Of a stretch of DNA of 64,000 nucleotides, positions 40,010-51,971 are shown piece by piece. The notes under the pieces were generated by a model. The model was not told where the DNA came from and did not search any database. It saw nothing but the letters and a program-made list of their open reading frames with translations. Source of the DNA: Callorhinchus milii (Eukaryota); assembly GCF_018977255.1 (NCBI RefSeq), contig NW_024704742.1, positions 114,392,001-114,456,000 on the forward strand, written 5' to 3'. The position numbers and the translations under genes were made by a program. Positions within the stretch are counted from its first letter, which is position 1, and the number at the start of each line of letters is the position of its first letter.

Positions 40010-40427
40010 CAGCCTGGATCAGTTGTTAGCACTCTTGTAGCTAAGTCTGAAGGCTCTCGGTTCAAGCTCCACATCAGGACTTTGAACGCATATAGTCCAG
40101 GCTGACAATCCAATGAAGCGATGGAGAGTGTGCTGTCTTGTTGGATATTCCTTCCTTCAGAATGAGACTTTAAACCAAAATTCCATCTGCCTATTCAGAT
40201 TAAAGAAAAGATTAAAGATCCATTGGCATTATTCATAAAGAGAAGGGAGTTTATCCTGCTGTCCCCGTCAACAATCCCCCAAATAAAATTGTTAATTTAC
40301 TTAATAGCTGTTTATGGGACAATTGGCTGCTGCACTTGCCTACAAAATACATTCACCGGTGTATATTCTGTGAAGTGCTTTGAAACGAGCTCCCGACATT
40401 AAAGCCATCAAATAGGATTATTATTAT
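40010..40427 (+). mobile_element. Deu-domain tRNA-SINE, near full length, more degraded
   Basis: Same head, core and tail order as 33398-33833. Confidence 0.8.
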
Positions 40428-41559
40428 CTTAACTCAATGCAGTAATATACCTATGATTGGGCAGGAATAATTTAGCAAAGGTTCATTCTGAAGCCCAAAA
40501 GGTTTTTTGAAAAAATATTTTTAAATCTGTTTAATGTTTAATGTACATTAAATTTAAATTAAATTTATTCTGCAACATTAATAGCGAATAAGTTCCATCA
40601 AACTATAGACTGGAGAGTATTGTTCAATACACGATACAGTGCAAAAATACAAAATTACATTTATGCAGCGCCTTTCAGATCGGGAGGTCATCCCAAGGCA
40701 TTTTATTTATTATAGTCATATACATAGTAGGACGGCAGCACCAGCAATGCAACAAACCCCCAGCACTGCATTGGAGTGTCATCTTATACAATGTGATTCC
40801 GAATCCCGAATGGGGCCTGAATAACAACAACAAAATTACATTTAGAGAGTGCCTTTCACATAGGGAGGATGTCCCAAAGCGCTGAACCACAACTTTCTGA
40901 CTCAGTGGCCAGAGTGCTACCACGAGGCCAAGCTGACGCGCTAAACGTATTTGAGAATTTTTCTTAACTTTTTCTGATCTCGTCAGGTACCACTGAGAAA
41001 CTACTTCTCAGACATTTTCTACTACTTTTTTTAAACAAATGGCTGTATTACCCATGTGACGTGAAGCAGGCCAGAGCCCACAAAGAAAAGATTTCAACGC
41101 ATTTGAATGCTTTTTCATCGGAATGCACAGGGCTAGAAAACAGAATTATGGTTGGTCAAAATGTATTGTTTTTTAAAAAAAAATCCTAAACTACTCTATC
41201 TCACATACTGCTCAATCAAATTCTTCACTGGATAGCTATCAAATTCCCTCTTGAATTTGCTGACACAATCTGTCTCCAACACCTCCCTGGATGGACAGTC
41301 TAGTCCACATATTCACCAGTCTTCATATAAAATAATTAAATATGAACTGTTCGTTCACCTTCTCTCTTCTAATCTTGAGTCAGTGTCCCTTGTTCCAGTT
41401 TATCTGTAATATTTCTAGAAGTGCTGTTAAACTATCAGACTTGCAAAAATTACAATGTTATCACATTGAAAAAGAACGCCAACAAATGTTGTAACCTGCT
41501 TCCCACCCATTTAAAACTTACATAAAAAAGCTTTTTCTGGACTCACTTTGCCTTCAATT

Positions 41560-42737
41560 GTGTCAGTTTAGCTCACTTTTGCCTCTGGGTCAGAAGGTTA
41601 CGAGGTCAAGCCCCATATTGGGACTTAAACTCATTATGCAGGCTGACACTCCAGTGCAGACGGCAGAAGACTTCCTTGTTGGAGATGCTGCCTTTTGGTT
41701 GTTAAACTAAAGTGCCTCATGCCTGTTTGAGAGTTAACTTCCTGCAGTTGAATGTTAACAAGACTGAGGCCCTCCTGCGTAGCTCCCATCAACGCCTCCA
41801 TACCTCAGGCGCTGACAGCACCTCCCTCCGTGGAAGCGCTCTACATAGCACGGAACCATTAAGGAACCTCGGTGTCCTGTTCGGCCCTCAATTGTCCTTC
41901 ATACCCCGCAAAATCCTGGATCTCACTTTCAAAGCTTTCCATGGCCTTGCTCCCCCGTACCTCTGCGACCTCCTAACCCTTATTAACCTGCCTGCTCTGT
42001 CCGCTCAGTGGGTTCTGGTCTGCCTCACGTCCCCCGCCTCACCCGCCCCACCATTGGCGGGCGGGCCTTCAGCCACTCTGCTCCCACCCTCTGGAACTCC
42101 ATCCCGCAGTCCCTCCACCTCACCCCCTCTCTTGCCTCCTTCAAAATTCATCTCAAGACCCTCCTCTTTGACTGTGCTTTCGGTCACCCTTCTTCCCCCC
42201 TGCTCCCCACCCTCCCCAATCCCGACCCCCAGCTTGGGTCCAAAACACTGATTGTCCAGCGCCTTGGGACGTCCTCCCGATGTGAAAGGTGCCATACAAA
42301 TGTAATTTTGTTGTTTAAATGAGTGTTAAAAGATCCCTTGATCCAATATGCAAAAAGAGAAAGTAGTTATCCCAGCCAATAATAATCCTTGCATTTGATA
42401 TAGCGCCTTATCATGTCTTCGAGACAAGACGAGATAAGACAAGACCAATTATCCTCCAGATAATTGGTCATATAATTCACCCAGAAAATACACAGTCAAT
42501 TCACTTACAGTATATTCTGTGAAAAGCTTTGAGATGTCTAGAAGACGTGATAAGGCCCTATATCAAATGCAAGGATTATTATTATTATTATATATATATT
42601 ATTATTATATACCTCATGGATGCTTGTGGCGCAATGGTCGTGAAATGGCTGCATACAAAAATGGTCACTAGACTTGACTATTGTCGCTTATGAAATGCTT
42701 TGAGACCGTACGAAGTGATAAGTGTGCTATAAAATGC
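41560..42737 (+). mobile_element. Deu-SINE split by an L2 and by young SINE tails
   Basis: Head and core at 41560-41737; resumes 42320-42377 (aaagatccc); distal part at about 42610-42737. Confidence 0.7.
41738..42315 (+). mobile_element. L2 3' fragment with internal deletion, inserted into a Deu-SINE
   Basis: NFLQLNVNKTEALL, NLGVLF, AFSHSAPTLWNSIP and an L2 tail; flanked by tgagagttaa (41728-41737) and tgagtgttaa (42320-42329), a probable TSD. Confidence 0.88.
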
Positions 42738-43216
42738 TTTCTCGTCCTTTTAAATTCAACAACAACAAAAAAATGATTTGCGAGCGAATGTCACAAACTG
42801 CTAAGAAAACACAAATCTCACAAATGCTCCAGCACTTACAGCTCTTGAATCTTCGAATGGAGTACAAGTACAAAAATGGATGGAGTACAAAAGATTCAAA
42901 CGTTTATAAGAAGCAGTCGTTCTTGCTACTGGCAACTCTTTTCCACTCTTCCCTCCATGCAACCAACAGATTTTATACATTCCCAATGGACTCCATCACA
43001 TGGGAATTTGTCACAGCAGTTGCTGTTGACATTGCCAAGGGGAAATTCCCAAATGTTCATGGATTTGGGAGAATGAACTTAATTTCTAGGAAAAGCCATG
43101 AATATAAAAAATTTTATTCCTGGCTTGCTATACCTTCGAAGACCTAGAATTTCCATACAGTCCTGATGAAAAAAAATCCAAATTGGTGTTGCTAAGACTC
43201 CCAATTTTACCTAAGG

Positions 43217-43975
43217 ATGCACGCTCCACCTCACTGTGCCAGACCAGAACCTTGGGTCTTATTTGACCCTCAACTATTCTTTCTACCCCACCTCCATGCC
43301 ATGACCTGCTCTGCCTTCCCCCACCTCTGCATCATCACCAGCTTCGCCACTGCCTCACTCCTCAGGCCACCAAAACCCTTGTTCACCCGTTCATCACATC
43401 TAGGCTATACTAAGCCAACTCCCTGCTTGTCAGCCTTCCCAACTCTTCCCTCTGCAAGCTGCAGATCATGCAGATCTCTGCAGCTTGTGTTCCTCTCCTG
43501 CATCAGGCTGTGTGACCCAATCATTCCCATCTTCGCCCAGCTCCACTGGCTCCCCAGAAGATAAGAGTTTAAAATCCTCGTCCTCACCTTCAAGGCCCTC
43601 CACGGTCTTGCCCCTTCCTACCTCTGACCTGCTAACCCCATATCAATCTGTCCGCTCTCTGCGCTCAGCAGGCTCCGGCCTGCTCCATGTCCGCTACCCA
43701 GCCCACCCCACCATCGGCAGTCGAGCCTTCAGCCTCTCTGCCCCCACCCTTTGGAACTCCATCCCACACTCCCTTCGTCTGTCTCCCTCCCTTGCCTCCT
43801 TCAAGGCACATCTCAAGACCTTCCTCTTCAACTGCATCTTTGGCCATCCTCATGTCCTTCCTGCCCTCCACGCTCCCTGATCCCACGCTCGGGTCCAAAT
43901 CCCTGACTGTCCAGCGACTTGGGACGTCCGCCCAACGTGAAAGACGCTTTACAAGAGTAATTTTGTATTGTATTG
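43217..43975 (+). mobile_element. L2 3' fragment
   Basis: LHWLP and AFSLSAPTLWNSIP motifs plus L2 tail. Confidence 0.9.
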
Positions 43976-46900
43976 TAAGGATACATATAATGGAGTCTGA
44001 AATGTGACATTGCTGATTTGTGGGTTGCTATTTACAACACCTGTAATGAATATTGGGGCTTAAACCCCATTGTAATGTCCAGGCAACTCAGTCCACTTTA
44101 ACTTGCAAAGTATCATCTTCTCGTTAAAGCATCCAGCTATTTCTTAAATAGTCAATATCCTGACATCAGCCATTATGCCCCAAAACTCTGCTATACCCTG
44201 CCTCAATCCTTCCACCTTGCCTCCTCTTTGCCTATCTTCAGATCACACCTGAAGACCTTCCCCTTTGATCATGCCTATGGTCACCTCCCCTATCTCCCCG
44301 GCTTGAGTCAAGCCGCGTCTTTGCTAAGCATTCCACAACACTACCTTGCATGACGGGTCATTATATAAGTGCAAGTTGTTATTATAGCAAAATCTGCAAG
44401 TATTGTTCAATGTTTAATTCTCAACCCTGTTAAAGATTCCTTCTGAGACGTTTTAATTCAAAGCTAAAACGTCTAAGTTATCTAATCATTCCTCATAGCT
44501 CCTCAGTCCAACAAGGATCAGCCTCATTGCTCTCCCCTATGTCACAGAGACTAGAACTTTAAATTTATAAAATGTAAAAATAAATCAAACTCAGTATTAC
44601 ATATAATATATATATTTTAGGGAAAAGCATAATATCAATTAAGATGGACTGCAAAATATCTACTTTCAACAGACTACACTTGATGCACAAAATGATGCAT
44701 TAACACTGCTCGTAAAATGGATTGCAATGTCTCCAGTGGCTAGGTTGTTGGTTGCCCTTCCTGGGAAAAGCACTGTACTCCCAGAAGGATGTCTTATGGT
44801 TGCAGGACTAATTGCAACTACAGTAAGTCCAAATCAAATACTGTCTAGAATCTTGCAAGGCATTCAATTCAAATGCTGACAGATTTAACTTGCACATCTG
44901 CTTCAGTTTTCACATTAACATCTGTAAATCTCTAAAGGAACGCCACATTTAAAAGAATGTACTAGTAGAAATAAAGTACAGAGGAAAATAAAGAGACTTT
45001 TAAAGCAGCTCTCTTTAAAGCATATATGTTCCTATATTTATATTTTTTCTAACTATACTATCTCCGTTTTCAGCATATTAATTACGTATTTAAATCTACA
45101 GAAATGCAAGAATTTGCTGAAATCTAAAACGTTACTGTAAACTAGATATCAATTTTAAAGCAATACATAGGATATAGCGCTTTTGGAGTTTGAGAATATT
45201 CAACACAGTTCCTGGGATTCAACATTGGAAAAAGTTATCCTCATGAATGCTGAAGCCTAAATGGTAACTGAAACAAAACGAACACCCATGAATACTGCAC
45301 ACTAATACAGTTACAATCATTTTTTTCTATTCCAATCTTCTCCCCTCCTTTACCAATAGGAGCTATTTCACACTGTGACACAGTTCCGCAAGTACCAGCT
45401 ACCCGATAGTAAGTCATCCAAGTGAGTTCATGTGTGAGCCTCGATACAGCAGTTAGGTGTCAGCAGCCTATTCAACTCTATATGCCAATCACAGCCAAAC
45501 ATAATCCTGTCCTCATCTGACTTTCAATCACAAGTGACTGGATCAAGAACAGTAATATTGGCTATTTTTTTCTTGAGTGCCCAGGGCACAACAGGCCAAT
45601 TGACTTGAACTAACTGTGCAAGTACCAGGGATAACTCATACAATCTTCCTAGTCTATGTAACTTAGTTACGATACCATTTTTCCCAAATCTATCCCAGTA
45701 TTAGTCCTATGATACAGCATCCTATGATTGCTTCCACCACAATTGTTGTAACTCATACTATTTATATCACCAATTATTGCTTTCAAAGACAGGGAACATA
45801 ATCTAAAATCTCTAGATATATATTGCTGTCACTGTTCTTGAAGAGAAAAGTTAATTCCTACAGAGACAATGGTAACCTTAAGAGAAGCAAAATAACGCCA
45901 AAGCAACAGCTGAACTCTCTCTTCCAATTACATCAGTGGGCTTTCTCTCTAAGATATCATAAATTTATGTAGATAATAAAATATTGGTAGATTACCATGG
46001 AGTGCTGTTACAATTGTTTTAAAATAAGAGTTAACCAGTAATTGAAATCTGACTTTGTTTTGAAAATATGAATCCCCTCTCTTCACTACCCAATTAGGGT
46101 TCAGACTAGTTACTGCCTAACTAGACTAGAAGCCACGTGGAATAAAAATTTGCACTTTTTCTCTCCCCCACACCATCCCCCAAAGTGCTTTTCAAACCTA
46201 TTTATTGATTGAAAACACAGCTATAACAAGTGTTATCTTAAAAAAATATTTTAAGTGTTACAATACGAAGCTGTATCACAGGTATTTTATCCATACTGAC
46301 ACTGTAGAATACAAGTGGGGAGTAGGTAATAAGTTCACATTGTATTTTGTACAGTCTCTGCAAAGATCCCCAATAAAACTACATGAACAAGTTTCACTTT
46401 AGTTCCAAAAAAACATTTTATGTGTGTCATTTTCAGCAGATACAAGAGTACAACCCACTGAACAATGCAAATTGTAATCTACAATGACTTCTACAACTTT
46501 ACAAAATAATTTCATGCACTGTATTCAATACATTATGGACCACTGACCTAAACTCATAACCATTGCTACTGTGTACACTTTCACATTCAATAAAGTAAAC
46601 CACATTACAGTGGAACAAACCCCTTTACAATCATTTACAAGTACCTTTTTACAATGATTTGCAAGGGCCTTTCCCTGTAACGTTCAACTACTTAAGATAA
46701 CTCTTTTGTACGCTTAACTCAATCTCAAGCCCATGTATTCCTGCTTAACCAAATTCACAATCCAAAACTTAAAACAGAAATTCCATTCATCTAAATGACC
46801 TCCTAATTTTAAAACATTATACACCCAGTCATCTTTACATTTATTCATGCCTGTTACCCATTCATTCACAAGTGCTTTACACTTTAAATTGTTGGCTGTG

Positions 46901-49715
46901 GAAACCTGAGAGTTGCAATGCCATTTCTTGTCCTACTTCAATGAATGTCACAGAGAGCAGGTTGCACACCAAGATATACCAATACATTTTGGATTGCAAA
47001 ATATATTCTACTCGAACAGCACCTCTAAAAGTTTTGAAGCCACCATTTTAAACGCATTGTCAGGCAAACAATCCAAAATAAGAGTATAGGAGTGTACAAA
47101 TAAAACTCCTCCTCCTACTGAGCTGGTTGAGCACTAGGCCATTTCAAGTAATGGCAACAACTTAGAAATTCAGCCACGGCATAGTCAGGGGTTTACAATA
47201 TACCTGCAGAAATCTACGGCCTAGATAGCTTCATGTCACTGAATGCCACACAAAATGTCTGATCACCAGATTTACACCATATTTCAATGACACACGTGAA
47301 ATGTATATTGCATCGATATGTTTCTTTATGGCATTCATAATTTTGGTTGGTTCAAAGAATAAAGCAGCAACTTTTATTTCAATATCACCCACGCCCCCTG
47401 CTCGGGTCCAAATCTCTGACTGTCCAGCACCTTGGGATGGCCTCCCCACGTGAAAGGCGCTATACAAATGTAATTTTGTATTATGTGTTGTACATTGATG
47501 AGCTAATGTAAAGGCAATAAGCAAAACATGACTTTTCAACTCCCATCATAAAGAAATTAGATTTTTTTCCTATTTAAACTTGTTCTGTGCAGATCGATTT
47601 GAAAAAAAACATAGATAGCTTCTTTAACTTTCACTTGCACACAGAAGACCAAAGCTCAGTCCCGACTGCCAGTGTAACAGCTAATCTTGGAACAATAATG
47701 TTTTCTTGTTAACTCGTGGTTCCAAAATTCTGGTCAGACAATTTAGTCGATGCAATGCCTGACCAACAGCATTTAAAACAACCAAATTCTACCCACAATT
47801 TTAGGCTATTTCACTTCATGACAGAATACCTATTCAGACAATCAACTGTTCTATACCAATGGACCAGAGGATATGAATTTCATGAGTGCTATGTTCCTCA
47901 GACACAGCAATGCCATCATAACTCTTGTGTTATCGTCACTATGAATGGCAGCCAGTCTTGCAGAGCAAATGTAAACAACTAGTGTGCATGAGCATCTTTG
48001 TTTACAAATATAGAAACATTAACTCATTACAAACTACAGAACGAATGTAATACAGATTTTCTTCCTTCTGTTTCCTCTTTCCCTCATTCTAAAATGTTGC
48101 AATGGCTATTTAATTTTGAAACAAAAATGCAGAGGAAGCTGGGGTTTCAATTATATTTACGAAAACAAATGTCATTTAAACACAAAGCTGGGTATTACAC
48201 TATAAACAAATAACGTCACAAAGGCCTATCTGATATGATTTTTTCCTCCCACACGAAACTAAAAGGTAACCAGAAAGTTCATAAGTGTTTAGTTGTTAGT
48301 GAAATATGGCCATATTATGAGAATAAATATGAAATATCATATCATTTATATCTCCATTAACTGGTAGGTCAAAATAAAATAAAATAAGACCCTCAGCTCG
48401 GGTCCATAACTCTATCTGTCCAGCGCCTTGAGAGGACGTCCTCCCGACATGAAAGGCGCTATACAAATGTAATTTTGTTGTTGTTGTTGTTGTTGCTTTT
48501 GGGTCCACATGTAAGTTGCTGAAAGTTTAAAAATCTAAGCTCTTTACCATGTTCTCTTAAGGAGATTTCCTTTTTAAAAAAATATAATTACTATTTTCCT
48601 TAAGATATCAATATTTTTTCAAATTTCAAATTAAACCACATTTATAATTAACAAAAATGTTACTGTTTTGAAAAGAAAATGGCATTTCCATTAATACCAT
48701 CAGAAAGAGAAATATTACAGCTCTCAGAATAACATTACAGCCAATCTAAAAATAAATTCCACAGAAATGTTGCATAATATTTATTTGGAAGAAGTAAATG
48801 TAATAGCTTATGTAAACCTAAACATATCTGAACATAAAATCGTGCTTCATTTGGAGTGAGGTCTTGTGGAAAATTAAATGGGAGTAAGTGTGATTTTGCA
48901 TCGTACGAACACTACTGATGAATGTATATTTTGCTGATTGATGCATTTTAAAATGTATTTAAGTGAATAAAGCAGAGAACGAAACAGTCCAACCAAGATC
49001 AGCCCTGATAGAATTAAACTTATTGCAGTGTGGCAAAACCGAGGCCATATTTAAGTTGTTTCTCATAAGCAGCATCACTACGACTTTAAATTGCAAAGTA
49101 TGTACAGCACAGTCCCAGCAATGTTGAGCACGAATGCCACACTTACAACTCTTTTGTCCCAACTTCCAAAATGATAACAAGCAAATGAAAATGAGCGTGC
49201 AATAAACCATAAGCATGTTTATAATGCTGCTACATTATTCTTAATCAGACACCACATTTCTAGTAATTTTGCGTTGCACTTTAGTACACGACATGAATAG
49301 CAAAGTTGTTACTTCAAACCCATAAAGTATAAGACACTAAGGTGCAAGTCAAACGAGCAATTGAGACTACATGGCTATTATTTATTTGAATTAAAAAGTT
49401 GCAGACAGCAGAGGACAACCACTCATTTTCTTCCATAGTTGCTCGGCAGCGTGGAATATAACAAGGCACTCACTCATTGCAAGACACCCAATTCAACACA
49501 ACTTCAAGACTTGGCGGCTCAAGTCACCGAGACTGCGGGTGCTGTTTGCCCACAAATAAAACACATTTCTGAACGTCTGCAACGTGATGTTTGAAAACAA
49601 GGAGCACTCCCCAATCCGAGACTACTTTCCAGGCACCGTAAAGAGGTTTCCCTGGGCTTGGAAGGAAAGCATCGCGATCTACAAATAAGAAGCCAAATTA
49701 TACCAAATAAACGTG

Positions 49716-49758
<43 letters not shown>
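49716..49758. repeat. (TA)n(TG)n microsatellite
   Basis: Read directly. Confidence 0.9.
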
Positions 49759-49762
<4 letters not shown>

Positions 49763-50398
49763 ATTACTTGTCGCATTACTAACATGACTTTTCTAGTTCA
49801 CTGAACAGCATCCTGTGCTCAAGTGGTCTCTGGCACAGAGCAGCAGCAGCTCGTTCTGTCCTGACTTCAAGACACACTCAGAACATGTCAGGAAACACCG
49901 TTTCAATCCGGTGCTGTTGTCACCAACTTTCCCCCCCGGTCCCCAGTCTGGCGGCCCGGCTCTCAGCCATCGCAACCCAGCGATCCCCAGTGCACTCACT
50001 CACACCAGACAGAGAGACACCTCAACTTCTCCCCAACTCCACTAAAATACTGCACTGCCGGCGAGGAGGCACCGCCACACAAAACACAACACCAGTAACA
50101 GTTACTGCTGAGAGGTTTTCCTGACATTTGGTTCCCATTGTGCACTGGTCTCACCGATTCTACCGTGACTTACAATGACTGGACTAAGTTACATCCTCCA
50201 CTTCAGTGCAGTACCTCTCTCTCTCTCTCCCTCTCTCCCTCTCTCCCTGACTTCCAAAAGTGTAAATAAACCCATCACACAGTGCCAAACAGCGGAACAA
50301 AAACACACAAGGAGGACCCGTGCAACTTCTCCCTGAGTTCCCCCCACCGTGTATTTATACTCCCAACGTGACTCCCGTGACCCCCCGCACAGCAGCAT

Positions 50399-50616
50399 CC
50401 TGTACCCGGTGTGCCCTGTACCCGGTGTGCCCTGTACCCGGTGTACCCTGTACCCGGTGTACCCTGTACCCGGTGTGCCCGGTGTGCCCTGTACCCGGTG
50501 TGCCCTGCACCCGGTGTACCCGGTGTGCCCGGTGTGCCCTGTACCCTGTGTGCCCTGTACCCGGTGTGCCCGGTGTGCCCTGTACCCGGTGTGCCCGGTG
50601 TGCCCTGCACCCGGTG
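50399..50616. repeat. CpG-rich minisatellite, 16-bp unit CCTGTACCCGGTGTGC with 9-bp CCCGGTGTG variants
   Basis: Tandem array read directly; it explains the repetitive ORFs (GTPGTGHTGY etc.) in several frames. Confidence 0.95.
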
Positions 50617-50811
50617 GCACTGGTACCGGGAGAACAGCAGCGACTTCTTGTCCTGAGTGAACTGTGTGTGTGTGTGTGTGTGTGTCTCAGAATGAACTTA
50701 TTTTTTCGCAGGAGCCCCACAGACCCGAGTTCGACACCTCACTATACCATTCCGGAGCCGCCGGAGTTGAATCCGGGGTCGTTTCCCCCGTAAAAGCTGA
50801 GGTAAACTTAC

Positions 50812-50867
50812 TTTTCCCGGGCTTGGCTGTCAGAAGGTACAGTGTTACTCTTGCCTTTGGCGTACAT
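50812..50867 (-). CDS. SSBP2: SSBP2-like (SSDP family) coding exon 1, MYAKGKSNTVPSDSQARE(K)
   Basis: Minus strand reads aagc ATG TAC GCC AAA GGC AAG AGT AAC ACT GTA CCT TCT GAC AGC CAA GCC CGG GAA AA|gtaagt; 56 nt, phase 2. Matches the SSBP2/3/4 N-terminus. KGKSN here and RRET in exon 4 favour SSBP2 over SSBP3 or SSBP4. Confidence 0.93.
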
Positions 50868-51283
50868 GCTTGAAGAGCTGGATTGTCACGCACCTGTCAA
50901 GCCATCAGGTCCCGGGAACAACCCCGTCACCATGGCGACCAAACGACGGGCCGCCCTCATTGGCCCGCGCCGCAGCCGGCGCCGCCCCGTTACCACGGCG
51001 ACGGGCTGACGGACAGGCGCGCTCGGCCGGGCGGGCGGGCGGGCGAGCGGCTGCTTCTCTTTTGGGGGAGTTTGAAACCGTTGGCGTTTGGATTTTTTTT
51101 GAAAAAAAAGAACCCGGCTGTTCCGGTAAACGGCTCCGACTCCCCCCCCCACCACCACCACCACCCAGCGCTCGGGCCGCAGCCAATACCCGGACTGGAG
51201 TCTCGCGCTGCTGCGGACTGGCTGTCTGCAGGCTGCCAGCTCAGCTCACACAACAACAGGGCTGGGAGGGAGGGAGGGAGGGA

Positions 51284-51792
51284 GTCAGTGTGTGTGTGTG
51301 AGTGAGTCAGTGTGTGTGAGTTTGTGAGTGTGTGTAAATGTGTGAGTGTGAGTGAGTTTGTGAGTGTGTGTAAATGAGTGAGTGTGAGTGAGTGAGTGAG
51401 TGTGTGTAAATGAGTGAGTGTGTGTGAGTGAGTGTGTGTGTGTGTAAATGAGTGAGTGAGTGAGTGTGTGAGTCAGTGAGTGTGTGTGAGTGTGTAAGTG
51501 AGAGTGTGTGAGTCAGTGAGTGTGTGTGAGTGTAAGTGAGTGAGTGTGTAAGTGAGTGAGAGTGAGTGAGTGTGTATGGGTGTAAGTGAGTGTGAGTGAG
51601 TGTGTGTGTGTGAGTGTGTAAGTGTGTGAGTGAGTGTGAGTGAGTGTGTGAGTGAGTGAGTGAGTGAGTGTGTGTGAGTGTAAGTGAGTGAGTGTGTGTG
51701 AGTGTGTAAGTGTGTGAGTGAGTCAGTGTGAGTGAGTGTGTGTGAGTGAGTGAGTGAGTGAGTGTGTGTGAGAGTGTGAGTGTGTGAGAGTG
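51284..51792. repeat. Compound (GTGA)n/(GT)n microsatellite array upstream of SSBP2
   Basis: About 500 bp built almost entirely of gtga, gt and gtaa units; source of the His/Thr/Leu-rich spurious ORFs. Confidence 0.95.
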
Positions 51793-51907
51793 GTTCAGAA
51801 GGCAAAGATTCCCTTCTATTTTAAAAATTTTTAAAAATACCAAATAACTGAAATGTTATCAGGTCATTATATCTTGAAAGGCCTAATGGTATTTATTTTT
51901 TATTTTA

Positions 51908-51971
51908 CCCCCCACCCCCCCCCCCCCCCCCCCCCCCGGCTCTGCGCGGGGAGAGAGAGAGAGAGAGAGAG
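51908..51971. repeat. Poly-C run followed by (GA)n
   Basis: C6-A-C23 at 51908-51937, then about (GA)10 at 51951-51971. Confidence 0.95.

Larger units (their letters stand above)
50390..51260 (-). promoter_or_regulatory. CpG island / promoter and 5' leader of SSBP2
   Basis: Sharp GC- and CpG-rich block around exon 1 in an otherwise CpG-depleted window. Contains GC boxes (gggcgg), CCAAT/ATTGG at about 50959 and 51183, and two RFX-like palindromes at 50926-50939 and 50989-51002. TSS not determinable from sequence. Confidence 0.8.

Noticed and set aside
50399..50616. Regular short repeats superficially like a CRISPR array
   Set aside because: No unique spacers, no cas genes, vertebrate context.
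50189..51843. Many overlapping ORFs of 80-180 aa around exon 1
   Set aside because: Products of the minisatellite, GC-rich island and GTGA array; only the 56-nt exon has homology and splice support.
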